Shown: positions 1 to 14,647 of the stretch, in pieces
Position numbering within the stretch: the stretch's first letter is position 1
Layout: each line of letters begins with the position of its first letter
DNA from: Amoebidium appalachense
Lineage: Eukaryota; Protista; Ichthyosporea
Direction: 5' to 3'
NCBI GenBank assembly: GCA_963693365.1
Contig: CAVNZM010000005.1
Location: 11,865,728-11,929,727 of the forward strand
DNA length: 64,000 nt
Notes under the pieces: model-generated
The model's database searches: none
What the model was told of the DNA's origin: nothing
The model's input: the letters and a program-made list of their open reading frames with translations, nothing else
Made by a program: the position numbers and the translations under genes

Positions 1-770
1 CCCGGGGCCCCATGGAAACATGAACGAACGCCCAGCCCCAGCTCCTCTCTGACCCCCCTCTGCCCCCATGCGCCCCCCTTTCCCGAAACCCCCGCTTGGC
101 CCTGCCACCCCCCTCATCCTGTTTTCGTCATCCCCATCTTAGAACCCTATCAGCCCCCCCCCTCCCCCCCCCCCCCCCCCCCCCTCCCCGGAGGGTGGGC
201 ATTTTCAAAAAGTTGCAGATTAACGCACACCACTAGGCTGAGCCCCCCCCCCCCCCCCCCCCCCCCCCATCCCCCCCCCCCCCCCCCCCCCCCCCCTCAG
301 ACACATACACAAACACACACACACGTGCAACCCCCCCGGGGCCCCCTGGAACCACACACGCACACCCAGCCCCAAGCCCTCTCTCACCCTCCGGCCCCCC
401 TCCCCTTCTTCCTCCCCCCCTTTCCCCTCCACCGGGGCCCCCATGGAAGCGCACATACACACAGCCCACTTGAAGTTCCTCCCTCCCCCCTCTTTCTCCC
501 TCTCTCTCTCCCCCTCTCTCTCCGCCTACCCCCCCCCCCCCCCCCCCCCCCCTCCGACCCCCCCCCCCCCACCCCCCACCCCACCCCAATTCTCCCCCGG
601 AGGCCCCCATGTTCCGAAGCACATGTACACACCCAGCCCAGCCCCAGCAGCCCTCTCTCACCCTCCTCTCACTCCCTCTGCCTTGAAACCCCTGCGCTTG
701 ACGCTCAGCCTGCAACCCCGTCATCCTGTTTTCGCCATCCCATACAAAACCCCTAGAGGTATCAGCCATC
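1..770. repeat. Degenerate local tandem duplications in C-rich sequence
   Basis: Motif ccggggcccccatggaa recurs at ~2, ~336, ~432 and ~598. tcatcctgttttcg(t/c)catccc...tatcagcc occurs at ~114 and ~721. cccagcccca...ctctc(t)caccc recurs at ~32, ~365 and ~632. Confidence 0.6.
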
Positions 771-829
771 TCCCCCCTCCTCCCTCCCCAAAATTTATGG
801 CATCAATAAAAACCTCCCCCAAAACACAG

Positions 830-899
<70 letters not shown>

Positions 900-1086
900 C
901 ATACACACACGCACACACACACACTTGCCCACAGCCTTCTGAATCTTCACACGGTCTAAAGTCTAATAGTATGTATAGGTCGTATCCTTGCCCCACCTTC
1001 TACCTTGTTGCTCCTATTGGTTTAATTCAGAACACCCACTCACCCGCTTGTGCAGTTTTTTTGCACGTTTCGTGAAAAATAGCCAT

Positions 1087-1134
1087 CATGATGGTCCGTC
1101 ACCACGATTACATGATGGTCCGTCACCACGATTA
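1087..1134. repeat. Perfect 24-bp tandem duplication
   Basis: catgatggtccgtcaccacgatta at 1087-1110 and 1111-1134. Confidence 0.95.
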
Positions 1135-1156
1135 CCATTCATTTCACATGTCGACA

Positions 1157-1566
1157 CGGGTTTCTGTTAAGTCAAGATTCTGGCTGGCTCAGCTGGCTAA
1201 ACCCTCCATCGCAGCTGGCTAGCCGGCTCGAGCCGACTGGACGTCAAAATCTTAAAATACCGATTATGTTATATTAAATTTTATGTTTAAAGTATAAAAT
1301 ACGATTTAGTTTTTTAAAGTTTTTATCTTTTCCATAAAACTGGACCAATTACTACTTGTCATAATCCCGATTCAATTCCGCCTGTAAGATTGGTATTGAT
1401 AGCCTTTATATAGACAACAAATGTCCTTTATGATTGGTAGACTATGGGATAGACCACGCCTGGGAGAAGGGTTGGAGGAATTCCAGCAAAGCCGCCTTCC
1501 GGAGCGATTTCGGCACGGCTCGGCTGAGGAGGATTCCGGCTGGCTAGCCGAGCCATAACAGCCCTG
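1157..1566. mobile_element. Possible non-autonomous DNA transposon (MITE-like) remnant
   Basis: AT-rich core (~1245-1375) flanked by repeated GC-rich motifs (gattc(t/c)ggctggct at 1176 and 1532; gctggctagccg at ~1215 and ~1539). The right end reads cagggctgttat on the minus strand. No clean TIR pair or TSD seen. Confidence 0.35.
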
Positions 1567-1741
1567 TTGCACACACCACCAAATATCACACTTACCACAT
1601 GGACTCCAGCAAATTCTTTCCACACATAACACAATATACCCGTAGCATACTCACAAGTATACACCGTCTCTAGCAAAGCCTAAGTATTCAAAGCAGCCAA
1701 CCCTAGCTAGGGGTGTGCATTTTGTATATCCACACCACCAG

Positions 1742-1774
<33 letters not shown>

Positions 1775-2918
1775 TTCCCCCCCCTGCTGCCCAAACGAAA
1801 ACACGCATACACAGTCCACTTCACCCCCTCGGAGTCCCCCCCCCCTCCCCCCCCCTCCCCCCTCCCTTCCCCGGCCAACCCCCCCCCCCCCCCCCCCCCC
1901 CCCCCAAACACACACACAACGTCACACAAACACACACGGGCCCCTCATGGACACACACACACACACACCCGGCCCAACCCCCTCCAATCGCACGTGTGCA
2001 TGCGCAAATTTAAAGGGAGAAGGGACAATAGCATATGCCTATCAGGAAGGCTTGTAACTTAATAGTGGGCCAGCACCGGGTACTTAGTCTAATATACATA
2101 ATCTATGATTATCCGAAGTGTCTGTATAAATCTGATAGGTGGACACTAGTAGTGTAAATTTTGCACACGACCAACAGTATGACGCATGTATCAAGTTTGT
2201 CAAAGCCTGCCTAGAAGCCTACAGCGCCAGAGCATATCTGAGGAGTCGGGGCCATGCATCCTTCTTGTTTGCCCCAACTCTGGCAGCAACATAAACAGAG
2301 CTCGGAAAAGTTGACCAGCTGGTGCGCCACGACCGTTGTTCCCCTTTCTTTGGTGAAGATTTACTTTCAACAGCCCCCCCCCCCCCCCCCCCCCCTCCCC
2401 CCCCCTCCCCCCCCCCCAACACACACACACACTCTTCCCCCCCTCCCTCCCTCAATATGTGCTCTGCAACCTGCATTGCCACGGTGTCCGTCCACGGTCT
2501 TGATTGTGTACTTTGCACATAATCCCCCCCCCCCCCCCCCCCCCTCGGGGCACCATCACACCCATCCTTCCCCTTTCCCTTCTCCCCCCCCCCTCCCCCC
2601 CCGGACCCACCAGTGAACTCATACACAGCCCGGCCGGCATAGCACATTTTCGTTGCACAGACACCAGGCTTCGACATCATAAATGTTGCATTACAGACAT
2701 AATGACTGCTCTGCACAATGTCATCACAACTCAACCACACCATCCTGCACCACGCTGGCACAACATACCCGAGTCTCACCGCACAAATACCAAATAATTA
2801 TTCATTCGACAACCCAATATTGCACTTACACAAGATAGACCCCCTTCAATACACACAAATGCACCAATCATTATCGCCACACAAATTCACAATTCACCAC
2901 CATTCTCTTTCTTTAAAC

Positions 2919-2924
2919 TTTATT
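2919..2924 (-). terminator. Candidate polyadenylation signal of the UBL7-like gene
   Basis: AATAAA on the minus strand ~110 nt downstream of the predicted stop at 3033-3035. Confidence 0.35.
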
Positions 2925-3032
2925 TGTTTTAAATTCACAGTACCACAGGCGCATTCAATAAACTGAAGCCTCCCCCCATAACACCAGTCCACCTGAGTAG
3001 CCACAGGCACGTGGTCTCTCTTAAGTAGACCA

Positions 3033-3153
3033 TCACCTGGTGCCCCGCATTGCACGGTCCAGGCATTGCTGCAAATACCGCCCATACACCACACATTATA
3101 TGACGGTCACATGACCAGACATTTATGTCCCCCCCCCCCCCCCCCCCCCCCCC

Positions 3154-3197
<44 letters not shown>

Positions 3198-3424
3198 CCG
3201 CCCCCATCTGTTCACACGTTTCGTTTGTGTATGGCATTCCTCCCTCCCCCCCCCCCCCCCAAACACACACACACCCCTGCAAAACACCCCCCTCTTTTCG
3301 AGCCCATTTTCCGTGCCTTCTACATTACACACACAAACACACGCACACACAATTACACAGATGCAAACACACATACACGCACACACCATGCACGCACTGC
3401 GCGAACACACAGCCCGCGAACACA

Positions 3425-3513
<89 letters not shown>

Positions 3514-3553
3514 GTGTGCGCCCACACATACACGCACACATACACACAAGACA

Positions 3554-3586
<33 letters not shown>

Positions 3587-5327
3587 ACACCCACAGACAC
3601 AGACATACACACACGGGCTTTACACATACACACAGGATGTGCAAGCACATGTGCTCACAATATTAAATATACACCCACATGCATGTACAACCCAGGAACA
3701 GTACGACAGCTAATGGACCTACGTGAGAAAAACCTTGCTTAGGCAGTGCGACTTCAAGAATTACCCCCCACTCTCCTCCCCCCCCCCCCCCCTCCCCCCC
3801 TCCTCTATGCCTACCCACCCACCCAGCCACCACTCGGCCGCATTATTATTTTTATCTGGTGTGTGTTGACATAAAGCGTTGTTTCTTCGTTACGTCTTCA
3901 CTTCTTTGCCTTTTTTTTCTTCGGTGCTTCTTGCATCTTCTTATGCTTCATCGCGAGGGGGGGGGGGGGGGGGAGGGGGAGGGGAAAGGGGGGGGGGGGG
4001 GGGGGGGGGGGAGGGAGGGGAAAAAGGGGGGGGGGGGGAGGGAAAGGGGGGGGGGGGGAGAGGGCAAAAGGGGGGGGGGGGGGGGGGGGAGTTTACCTGT
4101 AGAAACTCCTTGGTAACAAACTCTCTGCTTCCCTGCAGAAAAAAGCCTGTATCAGTATCATTACGATTCATTGTCCTCATGTCTATTCATTCGAATTACA
4201 CACCCTGCCCAGTAACTGTAGACCCACGTACATACTTCTGTGTAAGCAAACACCGCACATGCACAAATAAAAGTGAATGCCTGTGCTCACACACAGACAC
4301 ACAGTCAGGCACAAGGGCATGGACACTGCAAGCACGTGATGCACGGGGGGAGGGGGTGGGGAGGGGGGTGCAGGGGAGGAGCGGGCGGGCAAAGAGAAGG
4401 GGGAGAGAGAGGGCGGGGAGGGCGGGGGGGGGGGGGGGGGGGGGGGAGGGGGGGGGGGGGGGGGCAAGACGGCAGGAGAGCCAGGAGCCAGAAAGCAGAG
4501 GGAGAGAGAGCGGACAGAAAGGCAGACAGTAGGGGGGGGGGGGGGGGGGGGGGGGGGATTCATACAGACAGAGAGAGTATGTGTGTGTGAGGGGGATAGA
4601 GAGAGAGAGAAGCGGGGGGGGGGGGGGGGGGGGGGGGGGGGGAGAGAGCCAGCCAGCCAGCCAGAGAGAGGGAAAGAGATAGTGGGAAAGAGAGGTGCAA
4701 GAATGGGTATGTAAAGGAAGGCAAGCACAGAACATACGTGCACACACACCCACTCACCGAAAGTGCACCCCTTGCCTGTGCCCCAGCCCCAGCCCCCTGT
4801 CCTGCCTGCCCGGCTGCTCCGGCCCCGGCCCCGGCCCCTGGAGGGACACCCTAATAGGTAGAAGTTAGTATTGGATGCATGTGCATGATAGTGGAAGGGG
4901 TGTATGGACACAGGAGAATATGGTGGTAGCAAAGGAAAACCATTATGAGCATGCAGAGGTACAAGACCGGATGTCCTTTAACTGGTCTCTATATCTCATC
5001 TTTCGCATTTTTTGTGCCCCATCCCCCCCCCCCCCTCCCCCCCCCCCCCCCCCCCCCCCCATCCACACACACACAAAAAAGAGAAGGAACGAGAAAGTGA
5101 AAAAAGAAAATACCGCACTACACACACCCACCTACCCACTGACATCCACCCACACACCCATCATCCCCCCCCCCCCCCCCCTCCCCCCCTCCCTCCCCCC
5201 CCCCCCCCCCCCCCCCCCTTCCGCTCCCCATTTATCCACCCACCTGCACCTACCTTCATCCTCTCCCTCCCTCCCCCCCCCCCCCCCCCCCCCCCCCCTC
5301 CCCCCCCATCCCGCCCCCTCCCCCCCC

Positions 5328-5358
<31 letters not shown>

Positions 5359-5623
5359 GTACCTGTCCCACCATGCGCTGCAGTGCCACCCACGTGTTCA
5401 TAAATGCATTGGAGAAGTCCTCCTCCGTCACTGGGCCCTGGGGGGGTCCATGTACTCCCAATGTTTGCATCACTGCTCCAAGCGCTGCACCAAGCTCAAT
5501 AGCGGTGAACCGCTGTACGGGAAGAGGGGGAGGAGGGGGGAGAGGGGGAGAGGGGAGGGGAAGGGGAGGGGGGGAGGGGGAGGAGGAAGGGGAATGGGGT
5601 AGAGTACGTTGGGGGGAGGGATG

Positions 5624-5661
<38 letters not shown>

Positions 5662-6228
5662 AGGGCAAGAGAAAGGGGAGAGGAGCGGAGGGGGAAAGGG
5701 GGGTGGGGTGGGGGGGGGGGGGGGGTTGGCGAGAGGGTGTGTGGAGAAAAAGAGGGAGAGAAGGGGGGATGGGGGGGAGGAGTTGGGGAGGAAGCGGAGC
5801 GAGGGGCGGAGTCGGAGGTTCGAAGGTGATGGGTGGGTGGGTGGTGATCCATGGGGGGGGGGGGGGGGGGGGGGAGGGGGGGGAGGGGGGGGGGGGGGAG
5901 GGAGGGATGTACGTTAGGTGTTTGGTGAGAGGATCGAGGGGGAGATGAGAGGGGGCCCAGGGGAGGTAAAGGAGGACGTGGGGGAGGGATGCCAAAGGGT
6001 ACAATTAAAAAGTTGGGGTGTAATGGCGACACGGGAACAATGAATGATGCGTATTTGGTTAGTACAAGCCGAGGGTGTCATGACAATGGAGGAAGGGAGC
6101 ATGAGAGGGAGAGGGGGGGGGGGGGGGGGGGAGGGGCACCGGGTTTATTAGAGGACGGGTGTGGCTTCAACGTGTGTGCGTGTGCGTGGGTGTGGTGGGG
6201 GTGAAGGGGTGGGGTGGGGTGTGTGTGT

Positions 6229-6260
<32 letters not shown>

Positions 6261-6581
6261 GGGGGGGGGGGGGGGTAATAGGGGGGCTTGCATAACGGGA
6301 GCGGTTATGTGCAAACAAGTAGACATGGTGAACGGAGTTAAAATAGCAGGGAGGAAGGTGGGTCGGGTGGACACAAGAGTGGGTGAAGGACAGTGGTGGG
6401 CGAGGGGAATTTCAGAAGGAGGGGGGAGGTGGAGAGAGAGGGGTAGGGTTGGGGGACAGGGGATAGCCCGGGGGGGAGAGGGCGGGGGGAGGGGGGGGGG
6501 GGAGAGAGAGAGATATATGACACTCGGGGAGTGCACATTGCATGGTGCAGATGTGTTTGTGTGTGCGTGTGTGTGTGTATG

Positions 6582-6622
<41 letters not shown>

Positions 6623-7269
6623 CCGCGCGCGCGTCTGTGTATTTGTGTGTGCTGGGGGGGGGGGGGGGGGGGGGGGGGTACATGAGCTTGGCGGGGACGT
6701 GGGACACCACCGGAAGCAATGGCCTGAAGCACCCTAAAAATAGAATCAGAACAAATGCACTCAGGCAACGTGCAGCCATAAGTGCAGTTGGCCGGCCCAT
6801 ACACGCACAATTACACATACAAACATTCCAAAAGTAAAATTTAAATCACAAAGAAAATAAACGGAATAAAATGGAAACAAACAGAACAAAACAACACATG
6901 CATATCCATCTACCCACCCACTGTCCTCCCCCCTCCCTCCCCCGCCCCCCTCATGTACCCTCTTGCAACAGCGCCCCACCCCCCCCCCCCTCCACCCCCC
7001 CCCCCCCCTCCCTCCCCCTCCGGCCCTCCACAACTTGTCCCTCAATCCCCCCCCACCCCCCATCCCCACCCCACCAACGCCTCTCCCTCATCCGCCCAAA
7101 CACCCAACAATCATCCCCACCCAACCCCCTACCTCATCCCATCCCCTCCCCTCCCCCCCCCCCCCCATCCTCACCCCCCACTCCCCCACCCCCACCCCCA
7201 CCCTTTCCCTCTACTTTCCCCCACTCTCTCCCTTCCCCCTTCCCCCCATCGCCCTACACCCCTTGCCTC

Positions 7270-7323
<54 letters not shown>

Positions 7324-7637
7324 CCCGTTTTCATGTGTGCACGTACTGGCGCAGCATCTGTGGGTTCTGCTGGATGGCTCTGAGCTGGGCCAGGGCCTGA
7401 GGGTCATTTGCTATCTCGGGGCTGTTGATTAGTGCCTCAAGTGCACGGGGGTCTGCCAGCATGGCCTCGATCTATGTGGGGGGGAAAGAAAGGGCGGGGG
7501 GGGGGGGGGATGAGGAAAAGAACTGGTTGTTGGGTTGGTGTGTGTGCGTGTGTGTGTGTGTGGGCGGGCGCGTGGGGGGGGGGGGGGGGGGGGGAGGGGG
7601 GGGGGGGTCTCTTTGGGTGCGTGTGTGTGTGTGTGTG

Positions 7638-7672
<35 letters not shown>

Positions 7673-8485
7673 TTAAAAAGTGCCATACAGTACTAAGTAC
7701 ACATACACAACGGACAACAAAATGCAGAGAGAGGGGGTGGAGGGCGGGAGGGGAAGGGTGAGAAACGAAGGGGGAGGGAGGGGGGGAGGGTAGAAGGAGT
7801 TACAGAGTATGAAGTATGCATTCATTGCGTACAACGTTATGCATTTTGCAAAGCACACAAAAGAGCATGCATCATAAGCAGAGCCCACCCTCATGGGGGC
7901 CCAAGTCATCCCACAATGCCCGAAGGGGGGAGGGGGGGGGAGGGGTTGAGGACGAGAGGGCAAAAGGGGGGGGGGGGGGGAGGACGGGGAGAGGGTCTGG
8001 ATTAAGAGAAGAGAGGGTGAGGGAGGAGGGGAGCGAGGACGGGGGGAGGGGGGGACGGGAGGAGAGGTTTGTGCGAATGAAAGGGTAGTGTGTGTGTGCC
8101 GTGCATCAGCGCACGAATACGAGGGGGAGAAGGATTGAGTACGCAGAACATACGAGCAGGAAAGAGGAGAGGCAAGAGACAGAGGATAAGAGAGAGTGTG
8201 TGTGTCTGCATGTGTTTGTATTTGTGTGTGAGTGTGTGTTTGTATGTGAAAGAAAGGAGCGAGGGCGACAGTGTGTATCTGTATGTGTTTTGTATGTGTG
8301 CCCGTGTGTGTGTGCGTGTATGTGTATGCGTGTTTGTGTTTTTGTTTGTGTGTGTGTGTGTTCGCGCGCACACACACACGCATGCACACAAATGTGTATG
8401 TGTGCGTGTGTGTGTGTGTGTGTGTGTGAAAGCGCGTGCATGTGTGTGTTTTGTGTATGTGTGCGTGTGTGTGTGCGCGCACGGG

Positions 8486-8532
<47 letters not shown>

Positions 8533-8626
8533 CTGTGTGTTTGTCTTGGTGGGCTCTAAGACACGTACCATAGCACGTGTCTGTGGGTTGGCCATTGCCT
8601 CCTGCATCATCTGTGCCTCCTGGTCT

Positions 8627-8663
<37 letters not shown>

Positions 8664-9661
8664 GAGGGGGGGGGGGGGGGGGGGGGGGGAAGGTTCAGTC
8701 GTCTTCACATCTATCGAAGTAAGGGGGAAAAAACCGGAAGAGTCAATGCAAGAAAGAAGCATTAACCGATTAAATGTTTTCAAGCACTCTACAGTGCTGG
8801 GCCCCGTTAGCTTCATGTTTATTTTTCAGTGCCGAGGCGGAGAGGGAGGGAGGGGGGGGGGGGGGGGGGGGAGGGGAGGAGGAGGAGATTGTTCTTTGCC
8901 ACAGCGACCATTTTGTTGGCTTCTTTAATAAAAGTATTGTGGTGACTATACAGCGCATGTAATATGCGTACAATATATTCATGTCGTGGCAAATAGAGAC
9001 CGGGAGAGGGGGGTAGGGGGGGGGGGGGGGGGGGGGGGGGGAGAGCGCAGGAATGGGTCTCTAACTTGGAATAAGGCAGGGGATGGGGGGAGGGGGGGAG
9101 GGGGGGGAGCACGAAACGACCTTAACGGAGGGGGGAAGGGGGGCCGGGGGAGGGGGGAGGGGGGGGGGGGGGAGGGGGGGGGGCTGTAAAGGGTCATAAG
9201 AGCGAGTGGGGGGGGGGGGGGGAGGGGGGGTTGCACGTAAAGGGTCACTTTTTTGGTTGGGGGGGGGGGGGGGGGGGGGGTCTTTCCCCCCAATATTGGA
9301 GAATAGGCAATGAGAAAGGGATGTGGATGACTAGGTGGGGAGGTGGAGGTAAGACAAGGGGGGGAACGGGTGGGTGTGTCGGTTTGTGGGTGGGTGGGTG
9401 GGTGGGGGGGGGGGGGGGGGGGGGGGGTTACCGTCCATTCCGCCCATGCCTCGATATCCGGCTGGTGGTGGCTATGGGCAGAAACCACCAATGAGAAACC
9501 CCATCGTGGAGCCACATTTGGACATTTGCCCAAACATGTCCACAGCACACAAAGGTCCCAATACGCTAACACCTGTAACATGTGCCTAGCACCATTTTCC
9601 CCATTCCCTCCCCCCCACATATGGCGAATAAACAAAAAAAAGGACACACATACACGCACAG

Positions 9662-9694
<33 letters not shown>

Positions 9695-9718
9695 CACACC
9701 CACCCACCCCTAACCACA

Positions 9719-9783
<65 letters not shown>

Positions 9784-9928
9784 AATTACCTGGGGTGCCG
9801 GTGCCTGCTCTACAGGGCGTGGAGCCGCAGCCCTAACCAGGTGGATGGTGACATTCTCCCCCGTCAGATATTTGCCTATCTCCTCATCGTCCTTGAGTAC
9901 GTGCCCGGTGCAGATCAGCCCTGTGTGT

Positions 9929-9959
<31 letters not shown>

Positions 9960-9967
9960 GGGGAGGG

Positions 9968-10002
<35 letters not shown>

Positions 10003-10113
10003 GGGGGAGGGGGGAGGGGGAAGGGAGGTGGGGAGCGGGGGGGAGTGTGTGTGCGTGTGTGCGTGTGCGTGTACGAGTGTGCGTGTGCGTGTGCGTGCGC
10101 GTGTGTTTTGAAG

Positions 10114-10154
<41 letters not shown>

Positions 10155-10187
10155 GAAGGCGAACACGCTCGAGCGCGCGCGCGCGCG

Positions 10188-10241
<54 letters not shown>

Positions 10242-10464
10242 TAATTTGTATGTTTGTGCGTTGCACACGTGTGTTTGTGTGTGCGAGTGTGAGTGAGTGA
10301 ATGAGTGGGTATGTCAGTGAGTACGTGTGCGTGTGTGCGTGGGTATGCATGTGTGTGCGCAACACGTGTTTGTTATGATTGATAAAAATGACAGGGTGCG
10401 AGGTTGAGGGAGACGGAGGGACAAGTACATGTATGTGCACATGCCTGTGAGAAGGGGGCAGCGG

Positions 10465-10521
<57 letters not shown>

Positions 10522-10611
10522 GAGGGAGGGGAGGGGATCGTTAATGAGTAATAAAAAAATGTCGAAATGCGAACAGCAGAATTATTATTATCATAACCAC
10601 ACCACTCCCCC

Positions 10612-10664
<53 letters not shown>

Positions 10665-11044
10665 CTCCCCGCTCTCCTTACCTAAACACACACACATACA
10701 CATACACATACGCACGCCCTGCTTCGCACACACAGACTCACCATACAAAACAAATCTGCCTTACTCCACGTCAACCAAAAAAACGGGGGGAGGGGGGGAA
10801 TGATAACAATATGATAACAATAGAAGTATTGATCAACATGATAATGTTTAAAAACAATAAAACAACAATAATACTCTATCAACATCAAGACACCCACTCT
10901 GCTCTCCTGCAGGGATCTTCGTCTTGTCCTCCAGCATCACCTTCACGTCCGCAACCTGCCAACAAAGCTCAGCAAATATAATGCCCAACCAGCACCAGCC
11001 TTGTTCAAGCTCATACTACGTGCTTGGACCCAAAGGACACGAAT

Positions 11045-11076
<32 letters not shown>

Positions 11077-11922
11077 ACCCACCCACCACTCAACCCCTCC
11101 TTCACCCTTTCTCCCTCCTCCCCCCTCCCTCTGTTTCTCCACTTCCCCTCCCCCCCCCCACCTCTCTGCCCCTCCTTTCTCCCTCTCCCGCTGGATACCA
11201 ACTATCCATAATTCCCCGCTTATCTGGTAATCCTCAGATCCAACACTTGCTGTGTCACCTTTCAATCGTGTGCCTTGTTCACAGTGCTACGTGTCCCAGA
11301 ATCCTTGAGCGCTAACCCTATTCCTGCCTCTAGCCCCCCGTCCCTCGCTATCATGATACTAGCAACGAATTTCTAGTAAACTTGCGGCAGAGGTGCAGGC
11401 TGTCGAATAGCTCTCTTCACAGCTACTCCAGATCCCCCCCCCTCCCCCCCACCCTCCCCCCTTCCCCCCCAGGCAACATCAAATGTTGTGCGATAGAACC
11501 TTTTTCGTTTCAAAACAAGTTCTGAGACAGATCAACCGCCCTGAACTCCTCCTTCCCCTAGTCTCTTCTTTCTCATAAGCAAACCTTGGATCCACGCCAC
11601 CCGGTTGAGAGTGATAACTCTATGATGCAAGCAACATCACTACCTTCAGATCCAACTTCTATTTCTCAGTTTTCTTCTCACACGCTCACCCAGCCTCTAA
11701 AGCCTTCCTTTTTATGTTTCCCCCCCCCCCCCTTCCCCCCCCCCCCCCTCTCCCTCCCTCCCTCCCCCCTTCCCCTCCCTCTCCCAAGCCCAATTCTCTT
11801 CCCGCATCTAGCACAACCTGACAACCCATTTGGCCAGAACAACCCACCTTCAGCTCCTTGCTCTCAAGATCAAGCTCAACCTTGTCGCCGGTTGCGGCCT
11901 TGACAGACACTTTGAAACCCAT
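3033..11922 (-). CDS. UBL7: UBL7/ubiquilin-like protein (N-terminal ubiquitin-like domain + STI1-like motifs), ~283 aa, 11 exons
   Basis: GT-AG exons in transcript order: 11922-11848, 10955-10898, 9920-9790, 9471-9432, 8624-8569, 7471-7347, 6733-6682, 5512-5363, 4850-4758, 4132-4097, 3068-3033. Total 852 nt, phases consistent. [19 protein letters not shown]...[48 protein letters not shown] is a UBL fold. [22 protein letters not shown]...QQNPQMLRQ is STI1-like. [10 protein letters not shown] / [10 protein letters not shown] / VTKEFLQQCL resemble the repeated IT..EL..AL helices of animal UBL7. Orthology is recalled similarity, not a search result. Confidence 0.8.
7668..7925 (-). mobile_element. 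Two copies of the sense-oriented intronic repeat family (7925-7790 and partial 7730-7668)
   Basis: The minus strand reads gggatgacttgggcccccatgagggtgggctctgcttatgatgcatgctc...catacttcatactctgtaac, then ...gtgtacttagtactgtatggcac...aataacccc. This is homologous to the copies at 23213 and 24226. Confidence 0.8.
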
Positions 11923-12484
11923 GTTGGTGTGAGGTATTAAAGGGAAGGGATACTATTGTAAGGTGTGCGAGGTTTTGAGCTTCGCCGGTTTGGTGAGGTG
12001 AAAGGTTGGATGGTGGCGACAATGGCTTGTTTAAAAACACAGAATAGTAACGAGGTGAGGGTTTTCTTTAATGCTGATAGGCTCAGGAAATAACAAATGT
12101 GACTTATTCTGCAGTTTTTCCTTCCTTTCACTTCTCTTGACCGAGACGTTAACCAAAGTTTCTTTCTTTCTTTCTTTTTTTTTTTCGTGCTTTTCCGTGA
12201 CTGATGACGTAACGAAATGAGCCACTGGCTTGCGCAATCAAACCTCGGGTGTTATTGCGAGCGCGCCAGAGCTCGCCGGCTATTACAGTTCTCGAATGCG
12301 AGCTCACTCTGACCACGGCCCTCTTTTTCAGAGGGCCGTGCTCTGACGGGCCGCACGGGGAAAAAAGATAAATGGGTGACGGGTACGGTATGTGCGGTGG
12401 GCTGGGATGATATGTGACACACTGGGTGTGCACCGTGACACGTGTTACGCACAGTGTTTGTATTTGAACAGAAAGAGTGTCTCT

Positions 12485-12515
<31 letters not shown>

Positions 12516-13374
12516 GACTCTCTCTCTCTCACCCCCCTCCCCCCCTCCCCTCCTCTCTCGCTATAAAAAAGTAGGAATATGGGCAAACTGTTTCAAATCA
12601 TCATTATGCATTTAATCCAAAGTCACCGTGGGAGAAACCACCTTCCTACTAACGCCTCGAGTGTTGTGTTTGTCATAGTTGGGTTCTTCTTCTACAGCAC
12701 ATTATTTCTGAATCATATTCCTACTTCTTTTGAGTTTTATATTACTGTATTGTCACTGATTATCACAGTGCACACATGCCCTCATGAAATCTGTGAGACG
12801 AAAACGTAACACACAATGGATTTTAGTAAACAATACGTGCATGCAGCTTCAAGAAGGGCTCAACAACTAACCAGACCCTACACGATACTATTGCCAGGTG
12901 AGAAGTATTTATTCACTGATATGACTACAGCTAGAGTCCACAGTGTTTGTAGCTTTATTGCCAGGGTCATATCACCCTTCCTTGCAAGCATACACCAGGT
13001 TCCGCATATGCTCATGGTGGTAGCCTGTGTCACCTTGCGCACTTCGCCTCCCTTTTATCTTGTGCACTATTGTAAGCAATGACATTCCAGAACAGCTTCC
13101 AAAGACTTAGTAATACTAATTATTATGTTATCAGGAAACTTTCCAGCCATAACAGAGACAATATTACACGATGTGTATGAAACGGTACGTTAACACATGG
13201 TCCTATTCAGTGGCCACCGGATGCAGGAACAAAATGTATGCACCGCTCGAGTTCTTTTTTGCTGCTATATCAGTATAACAACTACAGTATAAAAACATAG
13301 CACATATTGCTCGACAAGGCATTCATAGAACTATCGCAATAAACACACCACTATTGCCGCATCTGAAACAGCGC

Positions 13375-13905
13375 CTACCTCAAATAACGCACAGTGAGAT
13401 ACATAACAAACAAGGTAACAAGCATACCGCCGAACAGAATCAACCTATCCTGCGTCTTGCGGCTCTCAATCATGCGCATCACAGTGTTGGACATCCCCAA
13501 CGTGTTTGCAATGTCCAGTACCCTCCTCTGCACAGCCTGTGCACAGTCGTGTCAGCATCATATTCCTACTTTTTCCATAGCTTTATCTTATACCCCCCCC
13601 CTTTTTTTTTTTTTTTTTTCTTTTTTTTTTGCCCTTCTTCTTTTTTCCCATTTTTTCTTTTTCGGGGAGGGGGAGGGAGGTTCAGAATGCGTTATAGAGC
13701 ACGGAGTACACATTCATGATGAGATAACACATTGGAGGAAGGCATGTGAATGGTGCTGGTGGTGGTGGTGGTGGTGGTGGTGGTGTGGGTGTGTGTGTGT
13801 GTGGGAGGGAGGGAGGGGGAGGGGGGAGGGGGGAGAGGGGGAGGAGAGATGATTCGGTAATAAATCTTGTGAGAGGGAAACTCCTGTGTTGTGAATGTGT
13901 GAGGG

Positions 13906-13964
<59 letters not shown>

Positions 13965-14429
13965 CGCCTGTGCGAGTATGCGTGTGGGTGCGTAGCACGT
14001 GTGTGTTCGTGCGTGTTTGTGTGTGTGTGTGTGTGTGGGAGGGGAGGGGGAGGGGAGGGGGAGGGGGGAGTGAGCGCATGTGTGTGCCGGTGTGACTTTG
14101 CACGTAAAGGGGTCTGTGTGCGCCCCTGTTCTATATGGGAATGCGGGCCACGCGTGTATATGCATGTGTATATGCACGTGCATGTGTGAGTGTGTGTTCA
14201 CACCTTCAATGCCCCCTTCTGTGTGGTCAGGTTGCTCAGAATGCTTGCACCATTCTCCAGCAAATCATCCAACCCCCTGTTTGCCTGCACCAGCTTGCTG
14301 TGTTCTTGCATGGCCTGATCCATAAGGATGCTGGTCTCTGAATTCTGCACACATACCATAATGTCAGCTGGGTTACAACACACATAAACCCCCCCCCCCC
14401 CCCCTATTTATGTTGCCTCTTGCCCCCCA

Positions 14430-14462
<33 letters not shown>

Positions 14463-14595
14463 ACGCACGCACACAGGAACACATCCATGCCCACTTAACC
14501 ACACAACACCGTCAGCTGGATTAACAGCCAACACGTACTTAGAAAGTAAACCTCCCTCCCTCCCTCCCTCCCCTTCCTCCCCTCCCCCCCCCCCC

Positions 14596-14647
<52 letters not shown>

